From: an uncultured Solirubrobacterales bacterium | GTDB lineage: Bacteria; Actinomycetota; Thermoleophilia; Solirubrobacterales; Solirubrobacteraceae | NCBI GenBank assembly: GCA_963698875.1 | Contig: CAVOSI010000002.1 | Location: 2,164,846 to 2,228,845 of the forward strand | DNA: 64,000 nucleotides | Reading direction: 5' to 3' | Part shown: positions 17,597 to 28,266 of the stretch, piece by piece | Position numbering within the stretch: the first letter of the stretch is position 1 | Layout: each line of letters begins with the position of its first letter | Position numbers and translations under genes: made by a program | The notes under the pieces: generated by a model | What the model was told of the DNA's origin: nothing | The model's database searches: none | Seen by the model: the letters and a program-made list of their open reading frames with translations, nothing else

Positions 17597-18097
17597 TTAT
17601 GTGGCGCTTGGCAACACAAACTGAGGGTCCTTAGATAGCTTCCAGGTCTCTTGACGGTGCGGTTGCAACCCAAATGCCTGCCAGATCCGCAGCACCGCTG
17701 ACTGGGTCAGCCCAACCTCCCTGGCCATCGACCGTGTCGACCAATGCGTCGCGTCCCTCGGCGTGCTCTCGAGCGTCTTGAGGATCACTTCCTCGACCTG
17801 CTCATCAGTGATCGTCCGTGGTTTCCCCGGACGCGGCTCATCGATCAGCCCGTCGAGGCGATACTCGGCAAAGCGCCCGCGCCACTTGCGCACCATCGGC
17901 CGGTGCACCCCCAGCCCCTCAGCCGCCAGCAGCACCACCCGACAGCGCAACGCGAGCGCCTGCGCGCTATTACGACGACGCGCCCACGACTCCAGCTGGG
18001 CACGCTCATCCTCAGACAACTCAATGGAAACAGCAACAGGAATAGGCATACATTCTGCCTACCCCACTACCACCAAATTAATGCATCAGGACACTAG
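17597..18097 (-). mobile_element. IS630-family remnant (truncated transposase 17597-18049 plus one terminus)
   Basis: LSEDERAQLESWARR, DEPRPGKPRTI, THWSTRSMA and WQAFGLQPHR..TWKLSKDPQF, then it stops with no DDE domain. The end sequence CTAGTGTCCTGATGCATTAA lies at 18097-18078. Confidence 0.88.
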
Positions 18098-18283
18098 CGA
18101 GCCTTTGCAGTCACAGCTCGGCATCCAAGCGAGCCTGCTCTCCTCGCCGTAGGACGGCCTGTCTCCAACGCCCTCGGCCTGCGCAACTCCCCGCCCCTCC
18201 GAGTGCTTTAACCACTGGGACCGGCAAAACCGGCAGCTAGACCGCTCCGACGGCCCCGTCCACTAACCGAGGGAGCGAATCCG

Positions 18284-19060
18284 ATGCGCAAAGCACTCAT
18301 CTGTACCGCCGCGATGCTTGCGGCCCTGTTGACCTCCGCGGCAGCCGCCTCGGCGATACCGACGGTGACCTTCAAGGGAAGGGCCGTGCCGATCCCACAC
18401 TTCCCCCACACGGGCAACATCCTCGGCGCAGGCACCGCGGTCGAAGCTGAATTCAACATCTCCGGCACCGAATACGAAGGCTCACCGCCGCCGATCATCG
18501 GCGTCAACGTCTACCTGCCCAAGGGCGCCAAGCTGCACCCAAGCGGCTTCCCGACCTGCTCGAACACGGTGCTCGAACAGATCGGTCCCTCCGGCTGCCC
18601 GAAAGGCTCGGCTGCCGGCCCGATCGGCAAAGTCGTCGGCTTCGTCTCCTTCGGCGGCGAACGTGTGATCGAGAACGCCGAACTGTCCTCGTTCTACTCA
18701 CCCGGCGGAGGCCTCGAGTTCTTCACGGCCGGCCACTCACCGGTGTCGCTGGAAATTCTCTCCTCAGGCAAATACACCCAGCTGGGCGGCGCCGCGGGCT
18801 GGGGACCCAAGCTGAGCACCAAGGTGCCGCTCGTGCCGAGCGTCCCTGGCGCTCCCTTTGCCTCGGTCAAATCGATCAAGGTCAAGGCCGGCTCAGCGAT
18901 CAAGAAGCACGGCAAAACGATCTACTACGGCCGCGTCCCAAAGCACTGCCCCAAAGGCGGCTTCCCCGTGAAGGCAGAAGTGATCTTCGCTGAAAACGGC
19001 GACGAATCGAAACCGGTAACCGTCACCAAGACGATTAGGACGCCCTGCCCAAGGCACTAG
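18284..19060 (+). CDS. Secreted hypothetical protein
   Basis: Signal peptide MRKALICTAAMLAALLTSAAAASA, paired Cys and a basic C-terminus. Confidence 0.8.
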   Translation: MRKALICTAAMLAALLTSAAAASAIPTVTFKGRAVPIPHFPHTGNILGAGTAVEAEFNISGTEYEGSPPPIIGVNVYLPKGAKLHPSGFPTCSNTVLEQIGPSGCPKGSAAGPIGKVVGFVSFGGERVIENAELSSFYSPGGGLEFFTAGHSPVSLEILSSGKYTQLGGAAGWGPKLSTKVPLVPSVPGAPFASVKSIKVKAGSAIKKHGKTIYYGRVPKHCPKGGFPVKAEVIFAENGDESKPVTVTKTIRTPCPRH

Positions 19061-19124
19061 CTCGTGCTGACCCGCGCGCGCCCTTAGCGGCTGCGCGCGG
19101 GTCTCTCCGCAGGACCCAGCCGAC

Positions 19125-21575
19125 CTACGCCCTGACCCGCTCTCCGCGTGGGTCAAAGAGTGGCTCGCGCACAACCTCGCCGGCGATCCACTGGCCGAAG
19201 ATGTCCACTTCGACCGCGCTGCCCAGCTCGATCACGGCGGGGATGTAGGCGTAGGCGATCGAGCGCTCGACGGTGTAGCCGTAGCCGCCGCTCGTCACCC
19301 GCCCCACGACCTCGCCGCCGATCCTGACGGGCTCGTTGCCAAGCGCGACCGAGCGTGGGTCCTCGAGTACCAGGCAGCGCAGGCGGCGTGTGGGGGCAAC
19401 AGGCCCCGTGTCCGAGGGCAGCCCCAGCGCCTCGGCGCCCACGAAGCCACCCTCGCGCTTCACGCAGAAGCTGAGCCCCGCCTCGAAGGGATTCTCATCG
19501 GCGGTGATGTCAGCGGCCCAGACCCGGTAGCCCTTCTCTAGGCGCATCGAGTCGATCGCGCGGTAGCCGCCCGCCACGAGGCCATGCGGCTGGCCGGCGC
19601 TCCAGAGCGCGCGCCACAGCGCTGCCCCGTACTCGGTCGGGCAGTAGAGCTCCCAGCCAAGCTCACCGACGAAGGTAACGCGCAGCGCCCGCACGGGCAC
19701 ATCACCGACGGTGAGCTCGCGCATCTGCATGTAGGGGAAGTCGAGCGGGTCGGGGCTCAGCGGCGCAAGGATCTCGCGTGCCCGCGGCCCCCACAGCGCA
19801 AAGCAGGCCCAGCGTGCGGTGACATCGGCGCAGCGCACGCTGCCGTCATCGGGCGCACTGCGGCGGATCCAACTAAGGTCGTGGTTGCCAAAGGCGGTGC
19901 CCGTGACGATCGAGAAAAGCTCCTCCTCTACACGCGTGACGGTGAAGTCGCACTCGATGCCGCCGCGGCCGTTGAGCATCTGCGTGTAGGTGATCGCGCC
20001 GATCTCGCCCGCGACGCGGTTGTCGCAGAGCCGTTCCAGGAAGGGCGCAGCGCCCGGCCCAGCGATCTCGAGCTTGGCAAAAGAGGACTCATCGAAAAGG
20101 CCCGCGCGCTCGCGCGTGCCACGGTGCTCGGCGCCGATCGCGGGCGACCAGTGCATGCCCGCCCAGCCCCGCGGCCGTAGCGACTCATCGCCCGCGGCCG
20201 CGTTTGACTCATACCAGTTGACCCGCTCCCAGCCCGACTTCTCGCCGAAGGCGGCGCCGTGCTCGGCGTGCCAGGGGTAGGCGCTCGAGGTGCGCAGCGG
20301 TCGTCCCGCCTGGCGCTCGTGCCCGGGGTAGCGGATGTCGTAGTAGGTCTCATAAACCTCCTTGGTGCGCTTGAGCGTGTAGCTCGGCGAGCGAAAGTGC
20401 GGCCCAAAGCGGCGGATGTCCATCTCCCAGACATCCATCGTGGGCTCGCCCGCGAGGATCCACTCGGCCATCACGCGCCCAAGCCCGCCCGCACCGGCAA
20501 GCCCGTGGGCGCAAAAGCCGGCGGCGACGAAGAAGCCCCGCACCTCGCTCTCGCCGAGGCAGAACTCGTTATCGGGCGTGAAAGCCTCGGGGCCGTTGAT
20601 CAAACGCGTGACCGTGATCTCGTCCATCACCGGCACGCGCTTGGAAGAGTTCTTCGCGATCTCCTCAAAGCGCGGCCAGTCCTCTTCGAGCAGGCGCCCA
20701 TTGAAGTCGGCCGGCACCGCATCGAGGAGGTGCTCGTCGAGCGCCCAAGGCGCCGATTCGCGCTCGTAGCCGCCCATCACCAAACCGCCACCCTCCTCCC
20801 GAAAATAAATAAGAAGATCGGGGTCGCGCAGTGTCGGCAGATGCTCAGTTGGCTGCCTCTCCCGGAAGGGCTGCGTCACGAGGTACTCGTGCGCGAAGGG
20901 GACGATCGGCACGCGCACGCCCGCGAGGCGGCCAATCTCCGCGGCGAACATGCCGCCGGCGTTGACCACGATCTCAGCCTCGATCGGACCCCACTCGGTC
21001 CGCACGCCACACACGCGCGGGTGCGCGCTGCTGCGGTCGACGTCGATGGCGGTGACACGCGTGTGCGTAAAGACGCGACAGCCGCCGGCCCGCGCGCCGT
21101 CGACGAGCGCGCTCGTGAGCAGCGAGGGGTCGAGGTAGCCGTCGGTTGCAAGGTAGGAGGCGCAGCGCACACCCTCGGTGCTCATCGGCGGAAAGAGCTC
21201 TTGTGCCTGCTCGGCGGAGATCAGCTCGAGCGGCAGCCCGAAGGTCTTCGCCCAGGCGACCTGGCGCAGCACCTCCTGCTCGCGCTCGGGCGTGCAGGCC
21301 AGGCGGATGCCGCCGCACTGCACCCAGCCGCAGTCCAGCGTCCGATAGAGCTCCACCGAGTCCATCATCATGCGCGTCAGCGAGACGCTCGAGCGCAGCT
21401 GACCGACCAAGCCGGCCGAGTGAAAGGTCGAGCCGCTCGTGAGCTCGTTGCGGTCGAGCAGCACCACGTCGCGCTCTCCCAGCGTGGCCAGTTGGTGCGC
21501 GATCGCGGCGCCGCCGACGCCGCCGCCGATGATCAGGATGCGTGCGCGCTGCGGGAGCTCACGGGGTCTAACCAT
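19125..21575 (-). CDS. GcvT-family FAD-dependent oxidoreductase (dimethylglycine/sarcosine dehydrogenase-like)
   Basis: IIGGGVGG, SGSTFHSAG, NGPEAFTPD, RVTFVGELGWELY and SMRLEKGYR. Confidence 0.93.
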   Translation of the reverse strand: MVRPRELPQRARILIIGGGVGGAAIAHQLATLGERDVVLLDRNELTSGSTFHSAGLVGQLRSSVSLTRMMMDSVELYRTLDCGWVQCGGIRLACTPEREQEVLRQVAWAKTFGLPLELISAEQAQELFPPMSTEGVRCASYLATDGYLDPSLLTSALVDGARAGGCRVFTHTRVTAIDVDRSSAHPRVCGVRTEWGPIEAEIVVNAGGMFAAEIGRLAGVRVPIVPFAHEYLVTQPFRERQPTEHLPTLRDPDLLIYFREEGGGLVMGGYERESAPWALDEHLLDAVPADFNGRLLEEDWPRFEEIAKNSSKRVPVMDEITVTRLINGPEAFTPDNEFCLGESEVRGFFVAAGFCAHGLAGAGGLGRVMAEWILAGEPTMDVWEMDIRRFGPHFRSPSYTLKRTKEVYETYYDIRYPGHERQAGRPLRTSSAYPWHAEHGAAFGEKSGWERVNWYESNAAAGDESLRPRGWAGMHWSPAIGAEHRGTRERAGLFDESSFAKLEIAGPGAAPFLERLCDNRVAGEIGAITYTQMLNGRGGIECDFTVTRVEEELFSIVTGTAFGNHDLSWIRRSAPDDGSVRCADVTARWACFALWGPRAREILAPLSPDPLDFPYMQMRELTVGDVPVRALRVTFVGELGWELYCPTEYGAALWRALWSAGQPHGLVAGGYRAIDSMRLEKGYRVWAADITADENPFEAGLSFCVKREGGFVGAEALGLPSDTGPVAPTRRLRCLVLEDPRSVALGNEPVRIGGEVVGRVTSGGYGYTVERSIAYAYIPAVIELGSAVEVDIFGQWIAGEVVREPLFDPRGERVRA

Positions 21576-22458
21576 GATTGGCGGCGGCGAGCCATTCCTC
21601 GAAGTCGGGACCGGCAAGCGCTGCGCCGAGGCGCTCGAAGTGCTTGCGTGCATATGCGGCGAAGTCGAACTCGAGCTCTGAGACGACTCCCTGGAGCACG
21701 CCCCAAGCGGCCTCTCTGGCGTCGGAGAGAACCCGCATCAGCTTCAGCGCCGCGCGCGCCCTGTCCGAGGGCGCCGCGCCGCTGTAGGCAGTGAGCAGCC
21801 GCTCGTCATCGCGCTCGTCGAAGTCGTTGTTGACCGACAGGTTGCCGAGGTCGAAGCGCGGATCGCCCATCCCCGCGTACTCCCAGTCCACGATCATGAT
21901 CCTGCCCCCCTGATCGGCAAGGATGATGTTCCCCGGCAGCAAGTCGTTATGGCAGGGCCGCGCTTCGCGTAGGGGCAAGACCGCCTCGATACGAGCGCAG
22001 ACCAGCACTGCCTGGGCGTAGTGCGCGGGCAGGGACGCGCCCCGGCGGCTTGCGATAGCCGCATAATCGCCGAGTAGATCGGGCACCCAGAAGGTGGTGG
22101 GCAGAGCAACCCCTGAGTTGTGAAATGCGTGCAGAGCGCGCGCGATCTCCTCGATCGAGACCCGCGCGTCCGCCGCACGGCAGCTGATGAAGCGCGTGAC
22201 GAGACAACTGTCGAGCGAGGCGGCCACGGCCGGTGCGATCCCGAGCTCGGCGGCCGCGCCGTTGGCCAGACGCTCAGCCGCGCGGTCGATGCCGAGTAGC
22301 TCGGTGTCCTTGCCGGGACGGCGGATCACGTAGTCGACGCCCCCAAGTGCGACCTTGTAGTTGTGGTTCGTGATGCCGCCCGCGAGCGGCGCCGCTTCGC
22401 CGGTGCGGGGACCCAGAGAGGATTCAAGCTCATGCAGGATGTCGTTCAGCTCGCCCAC
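21568..22458 (-). CDS. Choline/ethanolamine kinase-like phosphotransferase
   Basis: GGITNHNY, PCHNDLLPGN and IVDWEYAGMGDPRFDL. Confidence 0.9.
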   Translation of the reverse strand: MGELNDILHELESSLGPRTGEAAPLAGGITNHNYKVALGGVDYVIRRPGKDTELLGIDRAAERLANGAAAELGIAPAVAASLDSCLVTRFISCRAADARVSIEEIARALHAFHNSGVALPTTFWVPDLLGDYAAIASRRGASLPAHYAQAVLVCARIEAVLPLREARPCHNDLLPGNIILADQGGRIMIVDWEYAGMGDPRFDLGNLSVNNDFDERDDERLLTAYSGAAPSDRARAALKLMRVLSDAREAAWGVLQGVVSELEFDFAAYARKHFERLGAALAGPDFEEWLAAANHG

Positions 22459-22511
22459 AGCCCCCAGCCAACCGTTGCGCGATAAGGCATGCAGCCTATA
22501 CCTTCAACATC

Positions 22512-23754
22512 ATGACCCGCGAGGAGCAAAGCCCGGCCGAGCTGATCGCGGCGGTCGATTCAGAGCGGGCACGTGAGGCGATCGCCGGTGCGGCTCGTCG
22601 GACGCCGGTCATCGCCTGCGAGGAGCTCGCAGAGATCGCCGGTGGCACGGTGGCGCTGAAGGCCGAGAGCCTGCAGCGGACCGGCTCCTTCAAGCTGCGG
22701 GGCGCGCTCAACAAGGTCGTTGCGCTGGGCGAGCAGGCAGCTGGCGGGCTGATCACGGCGAGCGCTGGCAACCATGCGCGGGCGGTCGCCCAGGCCGCAC
22801 GAGTTCGAGGCGTCAGCTGCGAGGTGTTCATGCCGCGCGACGCAGCCGTCTCGAAGGTAGCCGCCGTGGAGCGCCTCGGCGCGCATGTGCATCTCGAGGG
22901 TGCCTCTGTCGAGGACGCGGTCACGCTGGCCGAAGCACGCGCCGCGGCCGGGGGTCCGGCGTTCGTCCATCCCTTCGATGACCTCGATGTGATCGCCGGC
23001 CAGGGCACGATCGGCCTGGAGCTGCTCGAGGATGTGCCCGACCTCGCGCGTGTCGTGATCCCCGTCGGCGGTGGCGGCCTCGCGAGCGGGATCGGCATCG
23101 CGCTGCGGCGGGTGCGCCCCGAGATCGAGTTGATCGGTGTGCAGGCGCGGGTCTGCGCTCCCTATGCAGCGGCTCTCTGCGAGCCGGGCAGCGTCGTGGC
23201 GAGCGAGCCGCTGAGCGCGGCGACGATCGCCGACGGGATCGCCTTGAAGCGCCCCGGACGGCTCACGCTGCCGCTCTTGCGTGAGCTCCTCCATGGGATC
23301 GAGACGGTCACCGAGGAGGAGATCGGCGAGGGGATGGTCTTCCTCGCCACGAGCGTGAGGCTCGTCGCTGAGGGCGCCGGTGCGGTGGCCGTGGCGGCGC
23401 TGCGCAGCGGACGTCTGGCGCCTGTGCAGGGCACGACGGTCGCGATCGTCTCCGGCGGCAACGTTGACGGCGGCCTGCTCGCGGGCCTGTTGCGTCGCCA
23501 GGAAACCGAGGAGGGGAGGCGCGTGCGCCTATTCACGCGCGTGGCCGATCGCCCGGGAGGTCTGGCCGAGCTGTTGGGCCTCGTCGCGGGCGCGCGCGCG
23601 AACCTGGTCAGCCTCGAGCATGTGCGCGACGCGGTGACGCTCGGCGTGCGCGAGACGGGCGTCGAGCTCGACGCTCGAGACGCGCGGTCCCAGCCACACG
23701 GCAGAGGTCGTGGCCGCGCTTCAGAGCGCCGGCTATGAGGTCGAGGTGGAGTAA
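22512..23754 (+). CDS. ilvA: Threonine ammonia-lyase with a C-terminal ACT domain (frameshift near 23670)
   Basis: KAESLQRTGSFKLRGA, ASAGNHA, PVGGGGL, SGGNVD and DRPGGL. Confidence 0.9.
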
Positions 23755-23761
23755 CTCGTTG

Positions 23762-25229
23762 CTAGAGCTGTGCGGCGAGCTGCACAAAGCTGCGCCAGCG
23801 CTCGCGTTGCGCGAGACGCTCGTGCTCATCGATCCGCGGTGCGACGAGCCGGGGCTGCGGCAGGTGTGATGCCGCATCCTCAAGACTCGCGAACACGCCC
23901 GCGCCGACACCGGCGAGCATCGCTGCACCGAGCACGGTCGAATCGAGCGGCCCCACCGACACCTCGAGCCCGATCGCGTCCGCCTGAATCTGCGCGAGTG
24001 CCGGCTCGCCGACGAGGCCGCCGTCGATGCGCAGTGAGCTCGACGGCCGCTGACGAGGCCATCGCCTCGACGATGTCCGCGACGCGCCAGGCGATCGCCT
24101 CAAGCGCAGCGCGCGCGACGTGTGCGCGTTCAACTCCCGGGTGCAGGCCGGCGATCACGCCACGCGCGCCAGGCTGCCACCACGGCGCACCCAGCCCCGC
24201 GAGCGCCGGAAGCACAAGCACGCCGCTGCTATCTGACACCGAGGCGGCCGCCTTCGCAAGCGTCGGTGAGTCGCCGGTGAGCCCGAGCCCGTGGGCGAGC
24301 CACTCGAGCAGCGTGCCGGCCGTGAATACACCGCCGTCGAGCGCGCGTGTGACCTCAGCCACACCGCCCCCCGCCTGCGGTGCACCCCAGGCGACGGTCG
24401 GCAGCAGGCCTTCGGGTACGGGTGCGTTCTCGTCGCTCAGGCCGAGCACGAAGACGCCGGTGCCGTAGGTGGCCTTTAGCGCACCGGCCCCCACCACGGC
24501 CGAGCCCGCGAGCGCGGCCTGCTGATCGACGAGCTGAGCCCGCAGCGGCAGCTTCACGCCCCAGCGCTCATGACGCAGCACGCCCAGCTCGCCGAAGCTC
24601 GGCTCGAGCACGGGGAGCCAGTCGCGCTGCACCCCGAAGCAGTTCAGGAGCGCTGGATCCCAGTCGCGCCCGCCGACGGCCAGCAGCTGCGTGCGCGAGG
24701 CGCTTGAGAGGTCGCTCGCAAAACGACCCGCAAGCCGGTCAACGAGAAAGGCATCGACGGTGCCCAGCCGCAGCGTCCCCGCGTCGCGAGCGCGCTCCAC
24801 GGCTGCGTCGTTCTCCAGCAGCCAGGCGAGCTTGCCTGCCGAGAAGTAGGGATCGAGCGGCAACCCCGAGCGCGCAACGGCCACCGGGTCGATATCGACC
24901 AGGAGCGCTTCCTGGCGCTTGTCTTGCCACACGATCACCTTGCTCAGCGGTCGGCCGCTGTCCGCCTCCCAGGCCAGCACGGACTCGCCTTGATGGTCGA
25001 GTCCAGCCCCAATCACCTCGCGTCCTTCAGCCTGCTCGAGCACCTCGGCGACGCTCGCGAGCACCGCCTCGAGGATCTCCTCGGGGTCCTGCTCGACCCA
25101 GCCCGGCTGAGGGTGCGTGACCGCGACCGGACGCCTGGCCTCGGCAACGAGCTGCAGATCGGTGTCGAACAGCGCTGCCTTGACGGCGGTCGTGCCCTCG
25201 TCGATCCCAAGCAGCAGTGGTGATCTCAT
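23762..25229 (-). CDS. FGGY-family carbohydrate kinase, glycerol kinase-like (frameshift near 24035)
   Basis: LGIDEGTT, PGWVEQDP, IVWQD, DPYFSAGK, DQQAAL, KATYGTG and GLGAPWW. Confidence 0.9.
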
Positions 25230-26380
25230 CGCTCTGCGGCTCCGGCGTGATGGTGTGCGGCGCGCTGCCACCAAGGCTCGGGCCCGCGTTCCGCTGTCTC
25301 CACCGGCAGGGGACGAAGTGCTCCCACCTCGATGCGGCCCAGCTCGGCGAGTATCGTGCTGACGTACTCGCCGATCCCCAGCGAGGCCGAGAGCCCGGTC
25401 GAGCGGATCGCGGCCACGTGGATCAAGCCGGGGAGGGCGCGCGAGTGCTCGATCACGTAGTCGCTCCCACGCCCGGCCGGGCGCAGACCGGCGTATTGAT
25501 CAACCCGTTCCCCCTCAGCGAGCGCCGGGTACATGCTGCACGCGCGCTCCTCGATCAGCTGCCTGGCGCCGGGCTCAACCGACCAGTCCTCCTTATCCTC
25601 GCGCTCGCGGGCTGTGGGGCCGGCGATCACGTGCCCGTCAAGAGTGGGGAAGACCAGCACGCCCTTGCCCAAGGCGGAGGGCACCGGCAGCAGGATCTGC
25701 TCGAGGGCTATCCGCGGCGGCAGGCGGTAGACGAGGAACTCGCCCTTGCGGGGATAGACCTGCACCGGCTCTTCACCGGCCAGGCGCGCGATCTCATCGG
25801 CGAAGAGGCCGGCACAGTTGACCACGGCCGCGGCGTGTAGCTGGTCCCCGCCCTGCAGTCCCACCGAGATCGTGCCTCCGGGTGAAGGCGTGAGCCGCTC
25901 GACCTTGGCGCCAAGCCTGATCTGCGCACCGCCGAGTTGCGCGGCCGCGGCCAGCGCGTGCACGTAGGCAACCGGGTCGGTGATCGCCTCGCCGGGAACG
26001 AGCAGCGCGCCGTTGTCCTGGAGCTGCGTCTCGACCCGATTCGTGCGCGCGTTCGCAGCGAGCGCCTGAACGGCCGCCAGCTCTTGCTCCCCGACGGGCA
26101 TCAGGCGCGCACCGCAGCGCCAGGTCTGCACGCCCAACTCGGCGAGCAGCTCGTCGCGAAGCTCGCCCGCGCGCAGGATCAGCTGCGTCTCGAGCTCGCC
26201 GGGCGTGGAGTCAAAGCCGGTGTGCAGGATCCCCGAGTTAGCACCGCTCGCGCCAAGACCGAGCCCAGGCTCGCGCTCGAGCAGGACAGCCGGCACCCCG
26301 CGCCGGGCGAGCGCGTGCGCAACCGCGCAGCCGACCACCCCGCCGCCGATCACCGCGACCGCTGCGTCGCTGCTGTGCAC
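25226..26380 (-). CDS. FAD-dependent oxidoreductase (LhgO/glycerol-3-phosphate oxidase-like)
   Basis: VIGGGVVG, SGANSGILHTG, VNCAGLFAD, PRKGEF and YAGLRP. The start is approximate. Confidence 0.85.
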   Translation of the reverse strand: MHSSDAAVAVIGGGVVGCAVAHALARRGVPAVLLEREPGLGLGASGANSGILHTGFDSTPGELETQLILRAGELRDELLAELGVQTWRCGARLMPVGEQELAAVQALAANARTNRVETQLQDNGALLVPGEAITDPVAYVHALAAAAQLGGAQIRLGAKVERLTPSPGGTISVGLQGGDQLHAAAVVNCAGLFADEIARLAGEEPVQVYPRKGEFLVYRLPPRIALEQILLPVPSALGKGVLVFPTLDGHVIAGPTAREREDKEDWSVEPGARQLIEERACSMYPALAEGERVDQYAGLRPAGRGSDYVIEHSRALPGLIHVAAIRSTGLSASLGIGEYVSTILAELGRIEVGALRPLPVETAERGPEPWWQRAAHHHAGAAER

Positions 26381-26441
26381 GACGTAAGAGCCTAGAGCTG
26401 CGAGCGGGCACGCCTGCCCGCAAGCTGGCAGAGTTGCGGAC

Positions 26442-27305
26442 ATGGCCCGCTATGAGCTAAACGGCAAGGTCGCGCTCGTGACTGGCGGCGCTCGGGGGAT
26501 CGGCCTTGCGACCGCCCGCGCGCTGCTCGCGCGGGGAGCCTCGGTCGTGATCGTCGACCTCGACGAGGAGCAAGCCGCGGGCGCGGCCGCGCAGCTGCAT
26601 GACACCCGCGCGCTCGGGCTCGCAGGCGACGTCACCGATCGCGGCGCGATGCAGCGTGCGGTCGCTGCTGCGGTCGAGCGCTTCGGGGCGCTCGACGTGG
26701 TCGTCGCCAACGCGGGCATCGCCTCGCGCGTGGCGACCTTCCGGGCGACACCGCCGGAGACCTTCGAGCGCGTGCTCGACGTGAACCTGATGGGCGTCTA
26801 CCGCACCGTCGACGCAGCGCTCCCCGAGATCGTCAAGCGCAGCGGACACGTGGTTGTGATCTCCTCGGTCTACGCCTTCACAAACGGCATCGGCACGATC
26901 GCCTACGCGATGAGCAAGGCCGCTGTCGAGCAGTTCGGTCGTGCGCTGCGCGTCGAGCTGGTTCCACATGGCGCGAGCGCGAGCGTCGCCTACTTCGGCT
27001 TTATCGATACCGAGATGGTGCACCGTGCGATCGACGCCGACCCGCTCGCGGGGGAGATGCTCGCCGCCTTTCCAAAGCCTTTGCGCAAGCGCATCCAACC
27101 GCAGGCAGCCGGCGAGGCGATCGTGCGCGGGATCGAGCGCCGCCAAGCGCGCATCATCCGCCCCCGCCGCTGGGTCTTGATGTCGCTGTTGCGGGGCGTG
27201 CTCAATCCCCTCACCGACGCGCAGATCGAGCGCGATCAGAAAACGCTTGAGAGCCTGAAAAAGCTCGACGCGCGCGCCGGTGAGGACCAGCCGACGACGG
27301 CCTGA
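26442..27305 (+). CDS. Short-chain dehydrogenase/reductase
   Basis: TGGARGIG, ANAGI and YAMSK. Confidence 0.93.
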   Translation: MARYELNGKVALVTGGARGIGLATARALLARGASVVIVDLDEEQAAGAAAQLHDTRALGLAGDVTDRGAMQRAVAAAVERFGALDVVVANAGIASRVATFRATPPETFERVLDVNLMGVYRTVDAALPEIVKRSGHVVVISSVYAFTNGIGTIAYAMSKAAVEQFGRALRVELVPHGASASVAYFGFIDTEMVHRAIDADPLAGEMLAAFPKPLRKRIQPQAAGEAIVRGIERRQARIIRPRRWVLMSLLRGVLNPLTDAQIERDQKTLESLKKLDARAGEDQPTTA

Positions 27306-27308
27306 TCG

Positions 27309-28154
27309 CTAAGGCTCAACGAAGCGCTTGATAAAGGCAAGCGCTGTATCGGCGACCTCGCGCCAGCCGCTGTCGATCGTTAGGGCGTGGCCCCGCTCTG
27401 GGATCTCGGTGATCTCGGTCACGCCCTCGTTGCGCGCCTGCTTCTTGTATGAGGCGTTCGCGATCGCCCAGGGCACCGTGTGATCTTCCTCGCCGGAGAT
27501 GATCAGCAGCGGCCCCCGATCGGGGTTCTTGCTGTTGACCTTCGCCTCGGTCCACGGGTTGAGGTTGGCGCTCGCCGCCTGAAAGAGCGGCGCGCCGGCG
27601 GCTGGCACCGCATAGGTGTCGTAGAGCTCCTGAGCCTCCTGTTCGCTGACGGCGTTGGCGAAGCCGTAGCGGAACTGCTCATAGGTCAGGGGCACCGCGC
27701 GGTTGCGGTTGGCCGGGTTGCCGAGCACCGGCTGTGCGGACTTAAGCGCTGAGATCGGCAGCGGCAGCACGCCGCGGAAGGGCGCCGGGTCGACCGCGAC
27801 CGTAACCGCCGCGAGGCCGCGTCCGGCGAGGATCTGTGCGAGCAGGCCACCGAAGGAGTGGCCGATCACCGCGGGGGTCCTCGCCAGCTGCTCGATCGCT
27901 TCGGCGAAGTGATCAGCGACCTGGCCGACCGTCTTGTGGGCAAAGACCTCGGGGTTCGCGTTGGCCTCCTCGACGGTCTTGGGATCGTCTGGCCAGCCCG
28001 GCGCGAGCGCGACGTAGCCGGCCTCCTCGAAGAGGTCCATCCAGCGATCCCAACTGCTCGGCAAGAGCCACAGCCCGTGGATGAAGACGACCGGCCGCAG
28101 GCTTGTCGCATTGGCCTTCTCGATCTGCTCGCGCTCGTATTCGGTGATCGTCAT
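27309..28154 (-). CDS. Alpha/beta hydrolase
   Basis: FIHGLW, GHSFGG, D(H)TVP and GHAL. Confidence 0.92.
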   Translation of the reverse strand: MTITEYEREQIEKANATSLRPVVFIHGLWLLPSSWDRWMDLFEEAGYVALAPGWPDDPKTVEEANANPEVFAHKTVGQVADHFAEAIEQLARTPAVIGHSFGGLLAQILAGRGLAAVTVAVDPAPFRGVLPLPISALKSAQPVLGNPANRNRAVPLTYEQFRYGFANAVSEQEAQELYDTYAVPAAGAPLFQAASANLNPWTEAKVNSKNPDRGPLLIISGEEDHTVPWAIANASYKKQARNEGVTEITEIPERGHALTIDSGWREVADTALAFIKRFVEP

Positions 28155-28266
28155 CGTCGCTCATGATCGCAGCCAAACCGCGCTCGGCAGTGCTCGGCTC
28201 GACGAGTTAACGAGCGCGGGCTCTGTCGCGTGACCGTCGGCGGCCTCCACGCCATAGCATCGGCCC

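Noticed and set aside
18215-18280. Possible c-di-GMP-I riboswitch (GGCAAAACC) upstream of the secreted protein
   Set aside because: The GNRA-capped stem and downstream GCAAAG element were not found.
20259-21794. 511-aa plus-strand ORF, and similar long ORFs such as 42535..44010, 57752..58837 and 15816..16742
   Set aside because: These are shadow or alternate-frame ORFs overlapping clearly identified genes or sites, as expected in high-GC DNA, and have no motifs.
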